Virus record (IMG/VR): IMGVR_UViG_3300020029_000003
Location: 1-5,975 of that record
From: a virus
DNA: 5,975 nt
Strand: one strand, 5' to 3'
Part shown: positions 4,818-5,975 of the stretch, piece by piece
How the letters are laid out: every line of letters begins with the position of its first letter
Numbering within the stretch: the first letter of the stretch is position 1
Notes under the pieces: model-generated
The model's input: only the letters and a program-made list of their open reading frames with translations
Database searches by the model: none
What the model was told of the DNA's origin: nothing
Translations under genes and position numbers: made by a program

Positions 4818-5887
4818 TGTCCTGCTCCTCTCCTATATGGATACGCAACCGTCGTTATTTCGACAAAAAGAACCCTTGCCGAAATGGTTCCGATGTTGCC
4901 AAGTCGGCCTTAGCTCTCCGCCCTTGGGACATCGCCCGGCAGTGGTTGATGGTCCCGTGCGGCAGGTGCGAGGATTGTTTGCGTCGTCAGCGCAATGACT
5001 GGTTTGTTCGGCTTGAGCGTGAACTTACTCGTTGTAAGGCTGAGAATCAGCAGGCAATATTTATTACTATTACTATTGCTCCGAAGTATTACGAGGAGGC
5101 TCTTCTTAATCCGTCTAAGTTTATTCGCCGATTCAATGAACGTATTCGTCATAAAATAGGTCATTCGTTCAAACATGCGTTTTTCCAAGAGTTCGGCACT
5201 CACCCTGAGACTGGCTCGGAGCCTCGTCTACATTTCCACGGATTTCTCTTTTGCACTAACGTCCTTTACAATGAGATTCGAAAGGCCGTTGGTGATTTTG
5301 GGTTTGTCTGGCTCGCTAAGGCTACCCGCAAACGTGCTCGATATGTTGTTAAATACGTTACTAAGCAAATTCAGTTTAACCCCGAGGAAGTCTCGGATAA
5401 ATTTGTTACCTTAAATGGAAAAATTACACCTTTGGCTACTCTCCTCCAACATCGCCGTTATACGCGAAAATTCGTATCTGCTGGCGTTGGTGATTTTCTT
5501 GGCTATATGCCTCGTCCTTCTGCTCGCGTTTCGTCGTGGTCTTATTTTGATCCTGAAAAGCGTATTAATTATAACTACTCGATCCCTCGCTACTACTTTA
5601 GATACTTTAAATCGGAGGACGAGGTTGTTCGCTCGGTTACCGCCGCTGATGCTTACGCACGTTTTAGCAAGTCTTCTTTGGTTAAACGTATTGTTTCTCT
5701 GTGCATTGAACGGTTCAATCTCGATTCCTCCGTATCCCGTAGAGAGACGTATACCTGGGAGCAAAAGCAGATGATGCGCTTCTCCAAGTCTTCGCGGAAG
5801 ATGCCTGACTTTGACCCTCCTGCTTGGTTAGACCAAAGCATTCTCCAGTTTTGGCAGGATCACTATAAACTTCAACTAATTATTTAA
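4817..5887 (+). CDS. VP4: Microviridae replication initiation protein (VP4 / A-like), an HUH rolling-circle endonuclease, 356 aa
   Basis: The N-terminus MSCSSPIWIRN... and PCGRCEDCLRRQRNDW (Cys cluster, nt 4958..4978) are typical of VP4. Motif 1 is FITITI (from nt 5060). The HUH motif is LHFHGFLF (H-F-H at 5231..5239). The paired catalytic tyrosines are YVVKY (Y176 at 5342..5344, Y180 at 5354..5356). The 3' end runs into the terminal repeat, so the gene crosses the arbitrary linearisation point. Confidence 0.93.
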   Translation: MSCSSPIWIRNRRYFDKKNPCRNGSDVAKSALALRPWDIARQWLMVPCGRCEDCLRRQRNDWFVRLERELTRCKAENQQAIFITITIAPKYYEEALLNPSKFIRRFNERIRHKIGHSFKHAFFQEFGTHPETGSEPRLHFHGFLFCTNVLYNEIRKAVGDFGFVWLAKATRKRARYVVKYVTKQIQFNPEEVSDKFVTLNGKITPLATLLQHRRYTRKFVSAGVGDFLGYMPRPSARVSSWSYFDPEKRINYNYSIPRYYFRYFKSEDEVVRSVTAADAYARFSKSSLVKRIVSLCIERFNLDSSVSRRETYTWEQKQMMRFSKSSRKMPDFDPPAWLDQSILQFWQDHYKLQLII

Positions 5888-5975
5888 TCTATGGGAAAAC
5901 AACCTTTTATTTCTCACGCTGTGAATGGCTACTCTCGTTACGATGTTCCTGAGAGCAAAGCCTTTACGTGCACAC
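5855..5975. repeat. Terminal direct repeat, copy 2 (circular-genome overlap). It holds the VP4 3' end and a duplicated VP1 5' fragment (ATG at 5891).
   Basis: Identical to 1..121. The apparent truncated VP1 start at 5891..5975 is the same gene as 37..121, not a second copy. Confidence 0.95.

Noticed and set aside
4684-4998. A 104-aa + strand ORF spanning the junction between the small ORF and VP4.
   Set aside because: It overlaps two better-supported reading frames, including the conserved VP4 N-terminus (MSCSSPIWIRN...CGRCEDC). It has no features of its own.
5415-5774. Hydrophobic + strand ORFs in alternative frames inside VP1, VP2 and VP4 (71..319, 512..802, 1058..1243, 1472..1723, 2289..2474, 2839..3051, 5175..5414, 5415..5774), considered as phiX E-like overlapping lysis genes.
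   Set aside because: In the +1 shifted frame, the T-rich third codon position of the host gene becomes the second codon position. That automatically yields Leu/Phe/Ile/Val-rich, TM-like translations, so hydrophobicity is not evidence here. I cannot exclude a real overprinted gene, and 5415..5774 at 119 aa is the longest. Testing needs synonymous-site conservation analysis in relatives, which I cannot run.
5891-5975. An apparent second, truncated copy of the capsid gene 5' end.
   Set aside because: It lies wholly inside the 121-nt terminal overlap of the circular contig, so it is the same locus as 37..121 and not a duplication.

Overview
The window is one complete circular Microviridae (ssDNA phage) genome, linearised with an exact 121-nt terminal overlap (1..121 = 5855..5975). 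This gives a unit length of 5854 nt. All convincing genes are on the + strand and tightly packed, and the strand is visibly T-rich at third codon positions, as expected for a microvirus virion/mRNA-sense strand. Three hallmark genes are recognisable from their translations. They are the major capsid protein VP1/F (37..1851), the DNA pilot/minor capsid protein VP2/H (2487..3746) and the HUH rolling-circle replication initiator VP4/A (4817..5887, whose last 33 nt also appear at 1..33). The cyclic order VP1-VP2-VP4, the ~5.9-kb size, the 604-aa capsid protein and the lack of Shine-Dalgarno sequences suggest a Gokushovirinae/Alpavirinae-like phage, possibly with a Bacteroidota host. That is inference only and needs phylogeny. 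The remaining genes are five small ORFs with no recognisable family. They are a very acidic 98-aa protein after VP1, a 63-aa protein with a lipoprotein-type signal (lipobox LASC) ending 1 nt before VP2, and three ORFans between VP2 and VP4. There are three non-coding stretches. One (4479..4577) carries two tandem C-GAA-G mini-hairpins, including the exact GCGAAGC motif. One (2161..2293) can form a GC-rich 12-bp helix followed by a T-run. One (3747..3825) is AT-rich and carries two Bacteroides-type TAnnTTTG motifs. No rRNA, tRNA, CRISPR array, transposase, integrase or cellular flanking DNA is visible.
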